Shown here: positions 37,301 through 50,508 of the stretch, piece by piece
How positions within the stretch are numbered: position 1 is the stretch's first letter
How the letters are laid out: every line of letters begins with the position of its first letter
DNA from: Lama guanicoe
Lineage: Eukaryota
Length of the DNA stretch: 64,000 nt
Assembly (NCBI GenBank): GCA_013239625.1
Contig: MU053352.1
Coordinates: 169,485 to 233,484 of the forward strand
Direction of reading: 5' to 3'
Program-made: the position numbers and the translations under genes
The notes under the pieces: model-generated
Told to the model about the DNA's origin: nothing
Seen by the model: the letters and a program-made list of their open reading frames with translations, nothing else
Database searches by the model: none

Positions 37301-40300
37301 GGAAGATAGTTTTATTACTTGATCAGATAACTAAAGAAAACCAGGAGTTTTTCCCAACTGGAAAATTAGAGACTGAAGTGAAATCAGACGGCCTATTAAA
37401 ACAAACAAGATTTACAGCCAGTCTTGACTGGTGATACTTCTGGCAAATAACCTGCATTAATGTTAGTTGGCACGAGTTCCCAACGCTTCAAGCTCCAAAA
37501 TACCGGAGCCAGGAGATCTAAAGAAAAGTATGGTCACCCACAAAGAGAAGCAGATGGGGAGGCAGAGCAGTGTAACAGGAAGGAAAGCAGGAACCACGGT
37601 CCCAGTCACCCCAATGCTGCCCTGGCGGGGCCATCACCTGCAGATTCAACAGAGATGACTTACTGCACCTCTACAATCACAAGTTCCAAATGGTTTCTAA
37701 TTAGGCACATAAAGACCAGACACAGAATTTTCGAGACAGAGGAGACTAAGGCCGAGGTTCTCAGCCTTCCTTCTACTACAGCACCGGTTTTCACGTTCTC
37801 AGTTCTGCCACACGCCAATTCCAGATGCTAAGTCTCCGCGTGGCTACACCAGCTCCAAGGGACCCCCACCTCTGCTCGCAACCTCTGCCCTCCTGCCCAC
37901 CTCCTGGCCCACATCATCCTACCACACTCCCCCTGACACCCCACCCTGAGGGACCGGCACCATCTACAGGTTCGTCTCCATCCCCTCTGGGGACTGTGCT
38001 CCCCACCGTCCTCCCCACGCGGCCCTCCCCACGCGGCCCAGGGCTGCACCAGCTCCCTTCCCCGTTTACTCTGCTCTGGACTACATAGCATATCTGGAAG
38101 TCACCCACAAACTGGTCAGCAGCTAACTCATCTGTCTTCCTATGACACCATTCGCTTACTCAAAAATCCCTAAGGGCCTCCTCCCACTAACTCACAAGGC
38201 AATAAACTATGTGTTTGTGAGTAAAAATAGATCTGCTGCCAAAAATAGCACAGAGACTGTTTGGGAAAACTTAAAAGTTCTCAATCTGGGACGCATCCAA
38301 CTTCAAAAAGTAATACTGAGCAAACACAAAACCACCACCCCTGAGCAGCCAGGCCACACCCCAAAGTCAGGGTTGAGGTGACCCGTGAACAGGGCTCCCA
38401 CCCTGCACAGCCACACACACACAGCCCCCACCCCACCTTTTACAGTTGCCCACACGCTACCAACAAGTTTACTTTTGATGTAAGAGCTTATAACAGAAAA
38501 CCACCCTCACGAGCAACCAGGTAAATATAACCACATCATAAAATCTTTACGCTTCTTTGGCAGAAACTGTATATATTTTTTAAAGTGAACTAGAGGGATG
38601 AGAACTTTTTTGGCTCACTTTCCCAAGCTGATGACCTGAAAGTGAGGATTCTGCCTGGTCCCAAGCAAGCAAAGCATCCACCATCAGTCACCACTTGCCC
38701 AGGCCTGGAAAGACCCCTCTGCCCTCACCACTGGCAAGGCTGCAGTTCTGTAAGGGGAGGGGCTCAGCTTCAAGCTCAGAGCAAGTGAGTTCAGGTAATT
38801 AATATCACTCTAAGCTTAACATTAGTCAAAACAGCTACCCTTGTATTGTTGAGAGACTGCCTTTGTCTCACTTTTGACATGACTGAACAGTTTCAGAGAC
38901 ACTGGCAGGGATTAAACACAATCCCATGTGAACGGCAGTGCTGAATGCTACTGTCCCTGCAGGCACCAAGACTGAAGGCTTCAGAAGCTCCAATCACAGG
39001 GAACCTGTGCCAACACCCACCACCAAAGAGGGAATGCAACTGCGGGCAAGGAGCGGCAGGAGGGGCAGAAGACAGGTGGCCTCCACCCGGATGCCAGGGG
39101 AAGTCTTACCAACAACCCAGACACTGAAATTTGAGGGCCTCTAGGCTTACAAAATATACTAAAGGCAATAGGGAAAAACAATGCCTTAAAATACCACAAG
39201 TATAATTTAAGAGTCCTGTACTTCTTAATTTATAGCGGGAACTCAAATTCAATTAATACTTTTGCCTCTTAAGCTAAAAAACACTGCTGGCCTTCAGGAA
39301 AACAAGCACAATCCAGATGTTTGAGTCTGCCTTTTATGCTCCCCTGCTGTCACTAACCCATAAGTGGTAGATTGTGTTTTTAATCAAAGTTGGTAAAAAT
39401 GACTTACATCTAATAGAGGGAATTATTTGCTCAGGAGGACTACTTATGTTAATGGCTTGGAACTTAGACACCAATGATGACAATGGCTGATCAACCAGAA
39501 TGTATACTAGAAACAGCCCCATGGTACATTATCGTAGTGGTTAAAGTGAGAGCTCTAAATTCAAGAGTTCAAATCTTCACCTTACAACCTGACCCCGAGA
39601 AAATTAATCTCTTCAAAACTCATTTGGAAAAATGGAGTTAATAAGAGGATCCACCCAGAGTTGTTCTCAGGATTCAATGAGAAATGTACACATGGAATAA
39701 AAGCTACTATTTACTGAATGCCTAACAGATAAACTGATAAATTCCATAAACTTGATGAATTATAACATGGAAAACACATTTGGGCTATCTGCTCCCAAAC
39801 TGTATTCTGGAAAAGTGTAACACTGCAGTCTACTACTAATATAAAATCCCAGACAAAGGTGAGAAAATATATTTTGGGCTTCTTTAAGGGAGTAGTGGGG
39901 GTCCTTGACTGTGGGAGCTCTTCTGGGGATAATTCAGGAACCCCAAATCCAGATGGCAACAACTTCCACTTTGGTGCAGCAGCGCCATGTGAACTGCTCA
40001 CCAATTCAAGTGCCTTTTAATACTGCAATAAAGCAGGGCCTTCTTCCCGCCTCAGCCAACCCATGACAAAGCAATACTTACATGTGAAACAGGGCTTACT
40101 AGTTTACATAAATTCAAACGGTAGTACCAATGTGGCTGTAAGCTGCCACACTAACCACGATTCTGGTACACCTCAAAATCACCCCTAGTTTCAATACCTG
40201 CCACATGGATTCGGTCTCCCCCTGGGCCACTCTGCTGTGCTTTTACAGACCACGCTTCCTGTAACCTGACAGCTTTTGGAATAACAGCCTTTTGCCACTG

Positions 40301-43300
40301 GTTGGGCCAAGTGCCTCTTCCTCTCCGACCCTTTTCCTTAAGCCACAGCTTTCCTTCCTGCACTTAAGATTTCTATCGATATTCTCCAAGTCCTTCACAC
40401 ATGTTCCTCCCTGTCCCTTGTTAGCTCTGTAATTGACCATGTGTCAATGTTAAAACACACCATGACATCCCAAATAACTTCTACATTTTAGACCTTCACA
40501 ATTACCATCTATGTTTTGAAATTATAATTTAAAATAAAAGATGACTCAAGGCAATAAGTGACATAACTGAATTATAAATCTATCTGGTTACTTACTCTCC
40601 TTCCTTAAATTACTAGTCTTATGCTCTAAGATTTTTATCCCATGTTATAGGTTTGTTTTATAGTTCTCATAAGATGGTACTACACCCATTTTACAGAAGT
40701 TATGAATTGTGTAAGGTCATCCCAAGCCTGGCCTAGAAAGGACTTGGGTTCTAGAATCTTTCACATTTCTTTCCACTGTTCCACTCTATGTAAGCCGCTA
40801 GGTATAAGACAAGGAGATTGAAGACAAACTTTTACATCATCTCAGAAAATTTCTTGCCTCTTCAAATTATGGGGTGAGGCAAGGGACTGCAGTTCTCAGC
40901 TTATGTGAGGCAACATCGTTTCCAACATGCATGACTTTTTTAAAGCTTACCGACACCATCCTCCAGGTGACGCTGGTACCACAAGGAACATCAACCACTA
41001 CAGGCAGGCAATATTATTAGGTACCATTTCAATTATAAAGGAAACAGAAAACAAGTTAGAAGAATGAAGGCTGAAAACCCACTTGACAGTAACACCAACA
41101 TTACTAGTTTTACGCGTGAGAGGACCAGAAGACAAGGGATGAGTTTCAAAGTCACAGCGTGGTGGCATCAGACCATCCCCTCACTCAGGTGCAGCAGAGC
41201 AGTCTACTTACCTGCCCTGAAGAAAGCCACACAAACCCAAAGGGTTACCAGAATTCCACCTCTTTACAGAAGTTATAGTGTAGGCCTATGATATTAATGA
41301 AATGGGTAAATGAGTCTTCTCAAGAACATTTAAGAACTGGGGAAAAAAATAGAATGTACAAACATCAACTTAACAGATAAAATATAAGAAACTGTTTTCC
41401 ACTGACCTCTGCCAAGTCCTTTCTAATAAATATACTGCATTAATTTAGATGACAAGAAAATTTCTTTAATAGAAGAAACAGACATATTGTTCTAAATTTT
41501 TAATAGGAGTTACCTTGAGGGAAGAGTTTATCACAATTCTGAGATGACATAATTAGAGCTTGGATTGAATTTTCAGTGGTGGATGGCTTATCCAACCCAT
41601 TAATCACTTCAGATACAGATATTAAAGATTCCCAATACATGAAAAGGTCCATTAGTTTGCAAAATACTACCTTATGCTTCAGAGAAAGTCTGTGGATGCA
41701 GGCCGCTGCAGGAAGGCATTTTTCTTCAGGACTGCTTATGGAAACCAGGAAGCCTACTTTCTTCTCTCCACAAACTACATCTCATTCTGGTTACATCTCT
41801 GCATTCTTTCCTCACTTCCCATTTCAGGTTGCCTCAGGTTTCCTTCAGCTCCAGAACTACCTTCTAGCCATTCCCCCTTAACCTCAATTCACTTCACTTC
41901 AAGCCCCATCCCTTCTTCATTTCCCAAAACTTTATTCCCCTAACACTTAAAGTCCCACTCAAAAGGGAACTGAGGGCCTCCTTAAAATGTTCAGAGAGTG
42001 GCCTCAGCCTGCATAATCCCAGTGCCACTCAGTTACTGTGGAGAAGCAGCACACTTAAGAGTGACTTGCTGTGTGGACAGAAGTGGCTTTATCCCAAAGA
42101 TTAAGCTCAGGACCCCTTCCAAGGGGATGCACTTACAGTCAGTCCTGTTTCTGTAACATTTGCTAAATTAATGTATCTTACATTTGTTTTTCTTGTAGAG
42201 CCCCCAGAATTACATAGAGTTCAGGTCCCATACCTAAATCATCCCTGGTTTGGATGAAAATCTCCTACTTGGCTGACGACGCCATGCCAGGGCTCAAACT
42301 GGGATCACCAATGAATCAACAAATGGGCGTTGGTGAACAAACACCAGGTTCAATGTGTGACAAGGACAACACGGAAAAGATAACTCTTTAAGAATTTTTC
42401 TTCCCTGGATAATCCTAAATACTGTCTTCAACAACATATTTCATATATTAATATCAGAAGCCTTAAAAGGGGCTTTTCACGTGACTCTGAAATTTTAGGG
42501 AGCCCCTGTATTTGCAGCTTTTTTCTCTAAGAAATCCCTTCCCAAGGCCCGCAAAAGGGCAACTGAGCTATATAATGCAGAGCAGTAATTCTCAAATTTA
42601 AACCCACTAACACTTGCCATGAGAGCTGGTTCAAGTGCAGATGTGCGTCCCACCCCCAGAGTTTCTGAGTCTTTAGGTATAGGGTGGGGCCCCGGCCGAC
42701 CCTCCCAGGTCTCAGGAGTCTGTACACTGGGTGAGCACGGCAGGTTGGTGGCCGCAGCTGTGGCTCTACCCCTGTGACCTTGACGCAGAGAGAAGTAATG
42801 TTCATTTAGGGGAACCGTGAAATCATGTGAGGAGACTGGGACAGCGAGAGGTATCACCGGAACCCAGCCTCAGACACGCAGGTGGTGCCTACCGCCGCGG
42901 CATTGCCAGGGTGTGGCCGGCTGCGGCTCCGTCCCGGAACCCGAGCCGCACGCGGGTCTCCGAGGGTCTCGGGAAGGCAAGGCCCACGCGCTCGTCTCGC
43001 CCACAAGCACGCTCCGGGCAGATGGGCGCAGCCTCCAGCCTGGGAGGGGGCTCCACGCCCGACCGCAGGGTGGAGGTCTCCGCACACAAAGCCAGACCCC
43101 CGGGCGTGGGAAGATGGAGCCAGAACGATTCGGGCGAGCCAAGCAAAAACGGGTCGGAACCACACCGACTTCAGGTCGTGGCAGCGGAAACCAGGAGAGA
43201 CGGGGCGCCACTCACTAGATGATTCTTTATTACAAGTTGGGGTGTGGAGGGAGGTGACGGGGTGACCCAGCCCGGCAGAACGGTCTAGAAGGGGGGATGC

Positions 43301-43595
43301 AGCTCCCTCACGTCCCCTCGGGCTCCTCCCCGACCCGGGGCTCCGAGTTGGGATGCGGCGACCCCCGCCCGCCTGCTGGTCCCCTTCCTGCCCCCTCCCC
43401 GGAGACCCCACCCGGCCCGGCCGCAGGAAATGGCGGGGCGCGCGGCTGGCGCGGGAAGCGCGAGCTGCGGGAGGACGGCCGCGCCCAGCGGGGCGGCGGC
43501 GTCTCCCTGGGCCCGGAGGGGGCCGCCGCCCAGCCTCCCAACCCTCCCGTGCGCCGGGCCCCCCGGCCAGCCGCCCGGGCTCCCGGCGCGCTCAC
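34303..43595 (-). other. YWHAH: YWHAH single intron (~9.3 kb, GT-AG)
   Basis: GT at 43595-43594 and AG at 34304-34303 on the minus strand join the two exons in frame. Confidence 0.95.
35100..35521. mobile_element. MLT1-type MaLR solo LTR in the YWHAH intron
   Basis: gaatgtgaccttatttggaaataggg; aatgactggtgtccttataag; aagccatccagtttgtggt. Confidence 0.82.
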
Positions 43596-43682
43596 CGCCT
43601 TCATGGCGGAGGCCATGTCGTCGTAGCGCTCCGCCTGCTCGGCCAGCCGCGCCCGCTGCAGCAGCTGCTCGCGGTCCCCCAT
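43596..43682 (-). CDS. YWHAH: 14-3-3 protein eta, coding exon 1 (29 codons, [29 protein letters not shown])
   Basis: ATG at 43682-43680. The translation is the 14-3-3 eta N-terminus. Phase-0 donor GCG|gtgagc begins at 43595. Lies in a CpG island. Confidence 0.98.
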
Positions 43683-43796
43683 GTCGCTGTGGCCCGGCCT
43701 CGCCTCGCGCCCCGCTCGCTCGCTCGTCCGCCCGTCCGCTCCGGGTCGCCGCGGAGGCCGCCGCCGCGCCCGCGCACTGGCTCGCCGGCCGGCCGA

Positions 43797-43830
43797 GGCT
43801 GCAGGCTGCAGGCAGCAGGCAGCAGGCAGC
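43797..43830 (-). repeat. 7-bp tandem repeat (GCCTGCW)~5 in the YWHAH 5' UTR region
   Basis: The + strand reads ggctgca ggctgca ggcagca ggcagca ggcagc, 115-148 nt upstream of the ATG. Confidence 0.85.
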
Positions 43831-44025
43831 GCCGCTCACCCTCTCGCTGGCTCGCCCCGCGCGCTGTGGCTCGCGCCGCGGACGCCGCCGAGGGAGGACA
43901 GGCGGCCGCGCGGGGGGATGGGAGGACGAGAGGACGCCTGCGCAGTGGGAGAGGCCGAGCCGGGCGGCGCGGAGCGGCGCGAGTGGGAGGGGGGAAGGGC
44001 GGGCCGGCCCTAACGGTCTATTTCA

Positions 44026-44050
44026 AGGTGACGTCACCTACTATAAATAG
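44026..44050. promoter_or_regulatory. Palindromic CRE (AGGTGACGTCACCT) plus consensus MEF2 site (CTATAAATAG)
   Basis: TGACGTCA at 44029-44036 inside a perfect 14-bp palindrome (44026-44039). CTA(A/T)4TAG at 44041-44050. Confidence 0.75.
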
Positions 44051-47000
44051 CTGCGGCCGCCGCCCCGCCCCAGAGCCGCGCAGGCGCCCTGCGAGTGCTG
44101 CATTTTACCGCCGCAGAGGTGGAGGTGGGAGAGCGGATAGCTGGGGTTGGGACTGCAGAGCCCGGGGAGGGGGCGCGGTGATGGCGGTCGCGCAGGCATC
44201 GCGTTGTCACGGCCCCACCTGAGAAGGCGCCTCTGAGTCCAGGTTAGAGGTCTAGCTTGAGAAGGGCCCCAAAAGCAAATAAGCCTAGTGCTTGGAGAAG
44301 CCAGGAGGCCGCGTGCCCGAGTGGTGGACCCGGCCCGCCCCCGCCCAGCCTGGCCCATGGGCTCCGCGGGGCCACACCTGCTTCTGGGTCCGCACTGGCC
44401 GGGCGGGGTCGGGTCCTGCCTTTGCGGACAGCCCCACACACACATTGACTCACTGTGCTCCCACCCTCGGAAGTGGCGTTATGCAGACTGTGCTTTCCGC
44501 GGGGGGGAGGGACTGGGTGGCCCGGCTGGGCCCGGTAACCTTCCTGCCACACCTGCTAGGAGTTGGCCCAGTACTAGGCCTTTAGAGGCGTAATCCTATT
44601 CAGTGGCCACAACCCATACTCCCGATGGGCAGAGCTGGCCTCCCCATTTTTCAAAGCTGGAGTAGTGACTTATTCAATGTTACACAGCCTGTACGTGGTG
44701 GCAGACTAACTCCTGTGGCCGACAGGAGAGTGGACCAGCTGTCACTAAGCCCAGTCGTGGCTTTTCATGCTAAGGGCCCCTGGCGCCCGGCCCTACGCTG
44801 GGCCCCAGATAAGGGATTCCCAGTGACTAAAGCATGGCTGGACTTAAGTACAGCATGCCGAGGGCAGCACAGGAGCTGGGGTCTTAGGCTCGCTGAGAAT
44901 TTTATTGAGCATCTACTGCATGCTCAGCACTAGGGGGAAGGAGTAGCTACAGATAAGTACGATACGGCCCTGGGCTCTAAGGTGTAGTTTACCAAAGACC
45001 AGGTAAGCTAGACCTTAAAGGAGGTGAACTCAGGGAAGAGGTATTAGGGAGTGGGATCCAGCAAGGACAAAGACCTGGCAGTTAGGACAAAAACAAAATG
45101 GTGAGGAGAGAGGCCTGGCAGTTGGACATGAGGTTGGGTAGAACAAGATCATGGACTGTTTTCAATGCCTAGTTGAAGATTTGAAACTTACCCTTAAGTA
45201 ATTGGGAACCAGCGGATGCATGAAAGCCATGTTTAAGGCCAGGAATCTTACTCTGGAAGGTCAAATGCATTAGAAGCGAGAGGGAGGGACTGGAGAGTGG
45301 GCCTTTTCTGGACCTCAGTTTTTTACCATCTGGAAAATTGGACTTGACGGACTGTTAAAAGCACTGGAGAATAGAAGAAATCCTGGAATGTCAGAGCTGG
45401 CAGGACCCTTAGACTCACCACTGTCCACCCCCTTATCCTGCATAAAGGGAAGCTGAGGTCTGGGGAGGAGAGGCTGGACCCAGTTTGCACAGCAAGTGAG
45501 CAGAGCTGGGGCTGCCATACCAGACCTCTTGCCTCCCCCGCCACCTTCTACCTGCTGTGATTCTATAGTGGGGACCTCAGTGCCCATGAAACCGCATTTG
45601 AGTGTGTCTGGGAGGAAGCCCCCATCCCAGGCTTCTCCGTGCTTTGAAGAGTCACCATTGCTAACTCCAAATGGAATTGAGGTTAACACACCAGGCTGAT
45701 CTTTCCCCTAGTGAATATCTTTAAAGAGTGTAATAGATAATGACCTACCATCCACCACGGCCTGTGAGGATTGGCTCCAGTGGGAGGTGAGAGGTGGGAG
45801 GCGGCCAGCACCAGGGGGTTCCTTCCAGCTCTTAAGAGGGATTAGGGCCCTTCTAGCTTCTGATCGTGTTGGACTGAGATTGGTTTCAAAACAGAAAATT
45901 AGGTAGACTGGAGCATTCTAAGTAACTGAGTCTGACATTCATAAATGTCAAATGGGGGACACTCTGATTCTTCCATAAAGCTTTTCCTTCCTTGTCACCA
46001 AATGTCACTGTCTCCACTTCCTCACCTCCCACCCACCCCTGAGGGGTGGTACTCTGGCTCTACCCCCTCTCCTCCACCTAGGTGGCCCTCAGTGTGGCCA
46101 CCGATCCAAGGTCACTGCACGGTCCTCACCTTCCTGGCCCCCTTGGCTGCACTTAGCACAACTGCTCCCTGCTCCTGGACAGGCTCTCCTCTGAGCTTTC
46201 AGGACCCGACACTCTCCCAGTCTCCCTCTGCTGCCCCAGCCGCTCCTCTTTCATCTGCTATGTGAGCTTGTCTTCTCGACCTACCCCCAAAATGCCGGCG
46301 TTCCTCAGGGTTCTGCCCAGGCCCTCTGCCCTATCCTGGGCGACCTCATTCATGCCCACTCTTGCAGGGAAGGGAACATCTCCCACTGGGCCAGGGGCTT
46401 TGTGGAGAGGGGTGTATTTTTCCTTGTAAGGTAGGTAGGATTTCCAGTCTCATCTTACAGGTGAGGAAACTGGCTCAAAGATGTTCTGCGACTTAAATAA
46501 AGTCACACAGCTGTTAATCATCAGAGCCAAGATTCAAACTCATGTCTGTCAGACTCAGGCCTGCTGGCCCCACACGTTCCTGAGGCGTGAGCTGAGAAGA
46601 GCAAGGCGTGACTCCCCTTTTGGGGGCATTCAGACTGTAAAAAGCACATACACATCTCCCTCTTGTAGCCTACACGCTTAACAGCACCCATCTCCTTCAC
46701 CCCTGGGAGAAAGCTGCCAACTCCCCAAAGCCTCATAAACAAAGACCAAGATGACCACCTTGGACAGGTCACCTACTCCCAGGACTCTTAAGTCCCAAGA
46801 GGGCCCCTGATCCAGGGGAAGGGGACTGGTGATTACAGTCAAACATGGTGTGTTGCCCAGAGCTTGGAGTGGGTACCCAGAGCAGGGATCGAGTCTGCTG
46901 CATCTTCACTTGGTACAGGGTCTCACTCCAGGGACAGAGCAACACCCTCCCTCCACCCCCAGCCCCCGATTGCCTGAGGACATGTATGTGATGTGACTGG

Positions 47001-50000
47001 GGAGGAGGATCTGGACTTGGATTTGAGTTCTGCTCAGCCAGTTACCAGCTGAGTATCCTCGGTGAAGCCACTTGTGGATGGGACTGACCACCCTGTTTCT
47101 CAGGGGTGGGATCAGCAGGAGCACATTCGTACCGTGCCTGCACTGGCCATCACAGCTGTATGAGTTCCTCGCTGCACCCCACCCGGAGTCAGTGGTAACA
47201 ACTGTTCTTCACAAGGGACTAGATTTCCAAACCATTGCCAGAACCTTCTGCCTGAGCCCAGTGAATAGGTGACCCAGAAAAGGCACGTCCTTTATTTTTC
47301 CTCGGGTGTACCAGGACACTCTGAGCTCCCTGCAAAGCCTGGACACCCAGGGACATGTTACAAAGCAGCATGGTATTGTTCTGGAGAGATGGCTTTCACA
47401 CCGTCGGCATGGTTACCAGCTTGAGTGGGAGGGGCCACCTGCCCACAGATTCGTGTCACCCAGATAGGATTTTCATTTTTTTTCTTTTCCCCCAAATGCA
47501 GGCCTCCTGCCACCCAGGTGACCTGGCCAATCCTGAGCCAACGGTGATAACACCGCCACCAAGAGCAACTCTTGCTGTTAATCACTGGCTCTCTGCCTGG
47601 CTTTACCCCCATATGCCATCTCCCCAAATCCTCACAGCTCTGGAAGGAGGCCGTTATCCCCATCTTATGGATGAGGAAAAGGAGACCAGAACGGTCTGGC
47701 ACTTGCTCAGTGGCCAAGACGGTCACCCGCAGCACCCCCAGTCTCTGCCAGTTGCTCTGGCCCCAGTGTCCTTTTGCTGAAACCAACTTCCACCCCCTGT
47801 GTCTGAGATCAGCCTGAGCACACAGATTTCAGGATCATCCAGGGCCTCCCGCCACTCTTTGAAAGCCCACTTTGGGAGCAGATCCACTTCCATGGCAGCT
47901 TTTGGCAGTAAGAAGTGCGAAAATGTCCTGGTGGCCACAATCTGTGAGCTGCTGGAGCTCAGAGCCCCGTTCTCAGCATGCCTCCCGCCCCCCAGCAAGC
48001 TTGTTCAGAGCTCAGCTCTAGAGGAGAAGGTGAAGCTGTCGCCTATGGAATTGTAATTAAAATGAGGGCAAAAAAGGCTTTTGCTTCAGATCTGCAAGTA
48101 GTCCAGAAGCTTGTGTTTCTTAGCCAGAATTTTTTAGATCCTTTGGCTGGAACCATCTGGCTAATTGCCTCCAGCTTCGGTGCAGTTCTTGCTAGGTGGG
48201 TCCGGGTTGGGAGGGGCTGTTGTGGTCTTGGGAAAAGCTGGAGGTCAGGGCCTGGGAGTGCCATGACTTCCCCTCTCTGAGCCTTGGGTTTCCTGTCTGT
48301 GAAATGGGAGGCTGCACTAGTGGATGGCTAAGTTCTGTCTTTTTTCCAGCTCTGAAGGTCTGGGGTATGTCGTCAACACTGGAAGTTCAGCAAATGACAC
48401 GGCAGCTCAAAAGGAGGAAACAAGGATGCTTCAAAGGCCCAGGGTTTGGCCCACATCAGCATGTGGAGTGGGAGCAGATAGCGGAAACTTCCCCGCAGCA
48501 GACCCGGGCGGCGGGGGCCTGCACGCTCCCACGTGGTCCAGGTACCATCAATATTATTGTTCCAATTTTACAGATGTGGAAGCTGAGGCCCAACTGCAGC
48601 ACAAAGAGCAGGGGGTGGGAACCAGGACCCAGACCCACTCCACGCCGCCGTTCTTCCCACTGCTGCCCTGCCCCTCCCAGCGCCTGAAAACACTCTTGGT
48701 TGTCGAGCTGTACTCGTAACTGTCATCAGCTGATGCTTAAACCACGACCTGGGAAGGAAAGGAAGAGGGTCGCTGAGTTTCCACCAAGGTTCCCTGCCGG
48801 GCAGCCATGCTAAAAAAAACAGCTTTTCCTCCCCAGTATGTTAGTAGGCGGCGAGCAGATTGCTACGCCTTCTGTCTCCTTCCAGACAACGGTGACGGGC
48901 TGGCCCCGACTCAGGCGACAAAGGGACCTGGGAGCAGCAAGGCCAGAAGGGAAGGCTGACTCCAGGGGGTGGCCTCTGCAGACATAGCACTGAGCTGCCG
49001 CTGGGGTCCTAGGTAGGACCGCTTCCCCCTTAAAAGATGCAAGCTCCTCCACTTGGCCCTTTAGGACCTGGCCCTGGTCTTTCTTTCCAGGCTCACCACC
49101 CACTCCCCGGACACCCTGAGCCCACTGACTTCCCAGATCCTGCCCACAAGTTTCTACCAACTTTCCCATTCTTCCACCTCTTACTCTCAGTCTTTAATGC
49201 CCAGCTGAAATCTTACCTCCTCTAAGGAGCCTTCCCAGTTCTCCCTCAAGAAGCCCCCTCCCCTTCTGCCCACTCCCACCATCTGCACGGACTTCTTTTG
49301 GTGGGATTGGTGTTTGCTTCCAGCCACGAGGCATCAAGCCCTGTGATCTGCAATTGATCTAGTCTGTGATCTCGTTTAATCCTCATGACAACTGTTGGGT
49401 GGAGATTCCTCTGGTACCATGTGATGGAAGCTCTCTCCCACAAGGTCATGGCGCTGATAGGGACAGAGTCCGGCTGTGAACCCAGGCTGTGATAAAGCTG
49501 TTACCTCGTTTATACGGGACACTTGGAGGATGAGCCCAAGCTGAAATGCCCTCTTCGTGAAATCACTGGGCCCTGAAGGCCTGGGGGAAGCAGGGAATTC
49601 ACGGAATAATAAGGATCTTGGAGACAACTCAGGGTGGCTTTCTTACTTTGAGAGACAGTATAGCATGGTGGGCCAGCTTTGCCACTGGACGGGCCTGGCT
49701 CCCAATCCAGCTCCCACTTGCTGTGCTGTGTGGCCTTGTGCTTGTCCCTTTGCTCCTCCCAGACTGGTTCCTCATCTTCAATATGGAATTAAAAATAATT
49801 CCTTTGTCCCAGCTCTGTTGGAAGGAATAGAGACCTAGGCAATGACAGCTGGTATTAGTATTGACTGTGGGGAACTGAGGCTCAGAGAGGGAAGGTAGTT
49901 CACTCAAGATCACACAGCAGATTGGCAGTAGAATCAGGTACTACGCCCAGGCTCCTCAAAGCCAAAACCTGGGCTTGTCCTTGAACAGCTGCTGCCTTAC

Positions 50001-50508
50001 CTTAAAGAGGGCTGAGACTGACTTGGAAATGCAGCCAAGGAATTCATACTGGAATTGCTGATGGGATTCTGTGCCTCCCTGAGCTGAGACCACTGCTTGG
50101 GTTGCCTGGGGCTGGAGAACATTAGGAAGCCCGAGTCAGAGCCTGGGATCATGTGTCCAGCCTGGCATCTGATCCATGGAATTACCCAGGTCCTATGCTG
50201 TTGCCCCTCTGAGCCTCAGTTTCTCTGCCCCCAGAAATCGGGGTAAGGATCCCTGGCCAGAAGGAATTACATGAAGGCACAGAGCTGTTTTTGGAACAGC
50301 TATCCCTGAACTCTCTCTGCATCGAGTTCTGTGCCATCACTTGCCGTGGCTTCATTTCATCCTGGTCACAACTCTGTATGATGGGGACCCAACTCGCAAA
50401 CACATGGCTGGGAAGGGGTGGAAATAGGGACTGAGCTCTGATCCTGTTCCCTCTTCCTGAAACACTCACTCCTCCTCTTTCCAGACTTAACTCAGTCTCC
50501 TTCTTCAG

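Larger units (their letters stand above)
42850..44540. promoter_or_regulatory. YWHAH: CpG island / promoter of YWHAH (probably bidirectional)
   Basis: Very high GC and CpG density around exon 1. GC box at 44061-44070, NRF1-like GCGCAGGCGC at 44078-44087, CRE and MEF2 motifs. Confidence 0.92.

Noticed and set aside
42817..44593. Many overlapping ORFs (up to 289 aa) around YWHAH exon 1
   Set aside because: CpG-island artefacts. Only the first 29 codons of the 43682 ORF are real; the rest is intron read-through.
47525..47610. Possible ortholog of an upstream C22orf24 exon
   Set aside because: Only a vague resemblance to a recalled peptide and adjacent to MIR sequence; not supportable without alignment.
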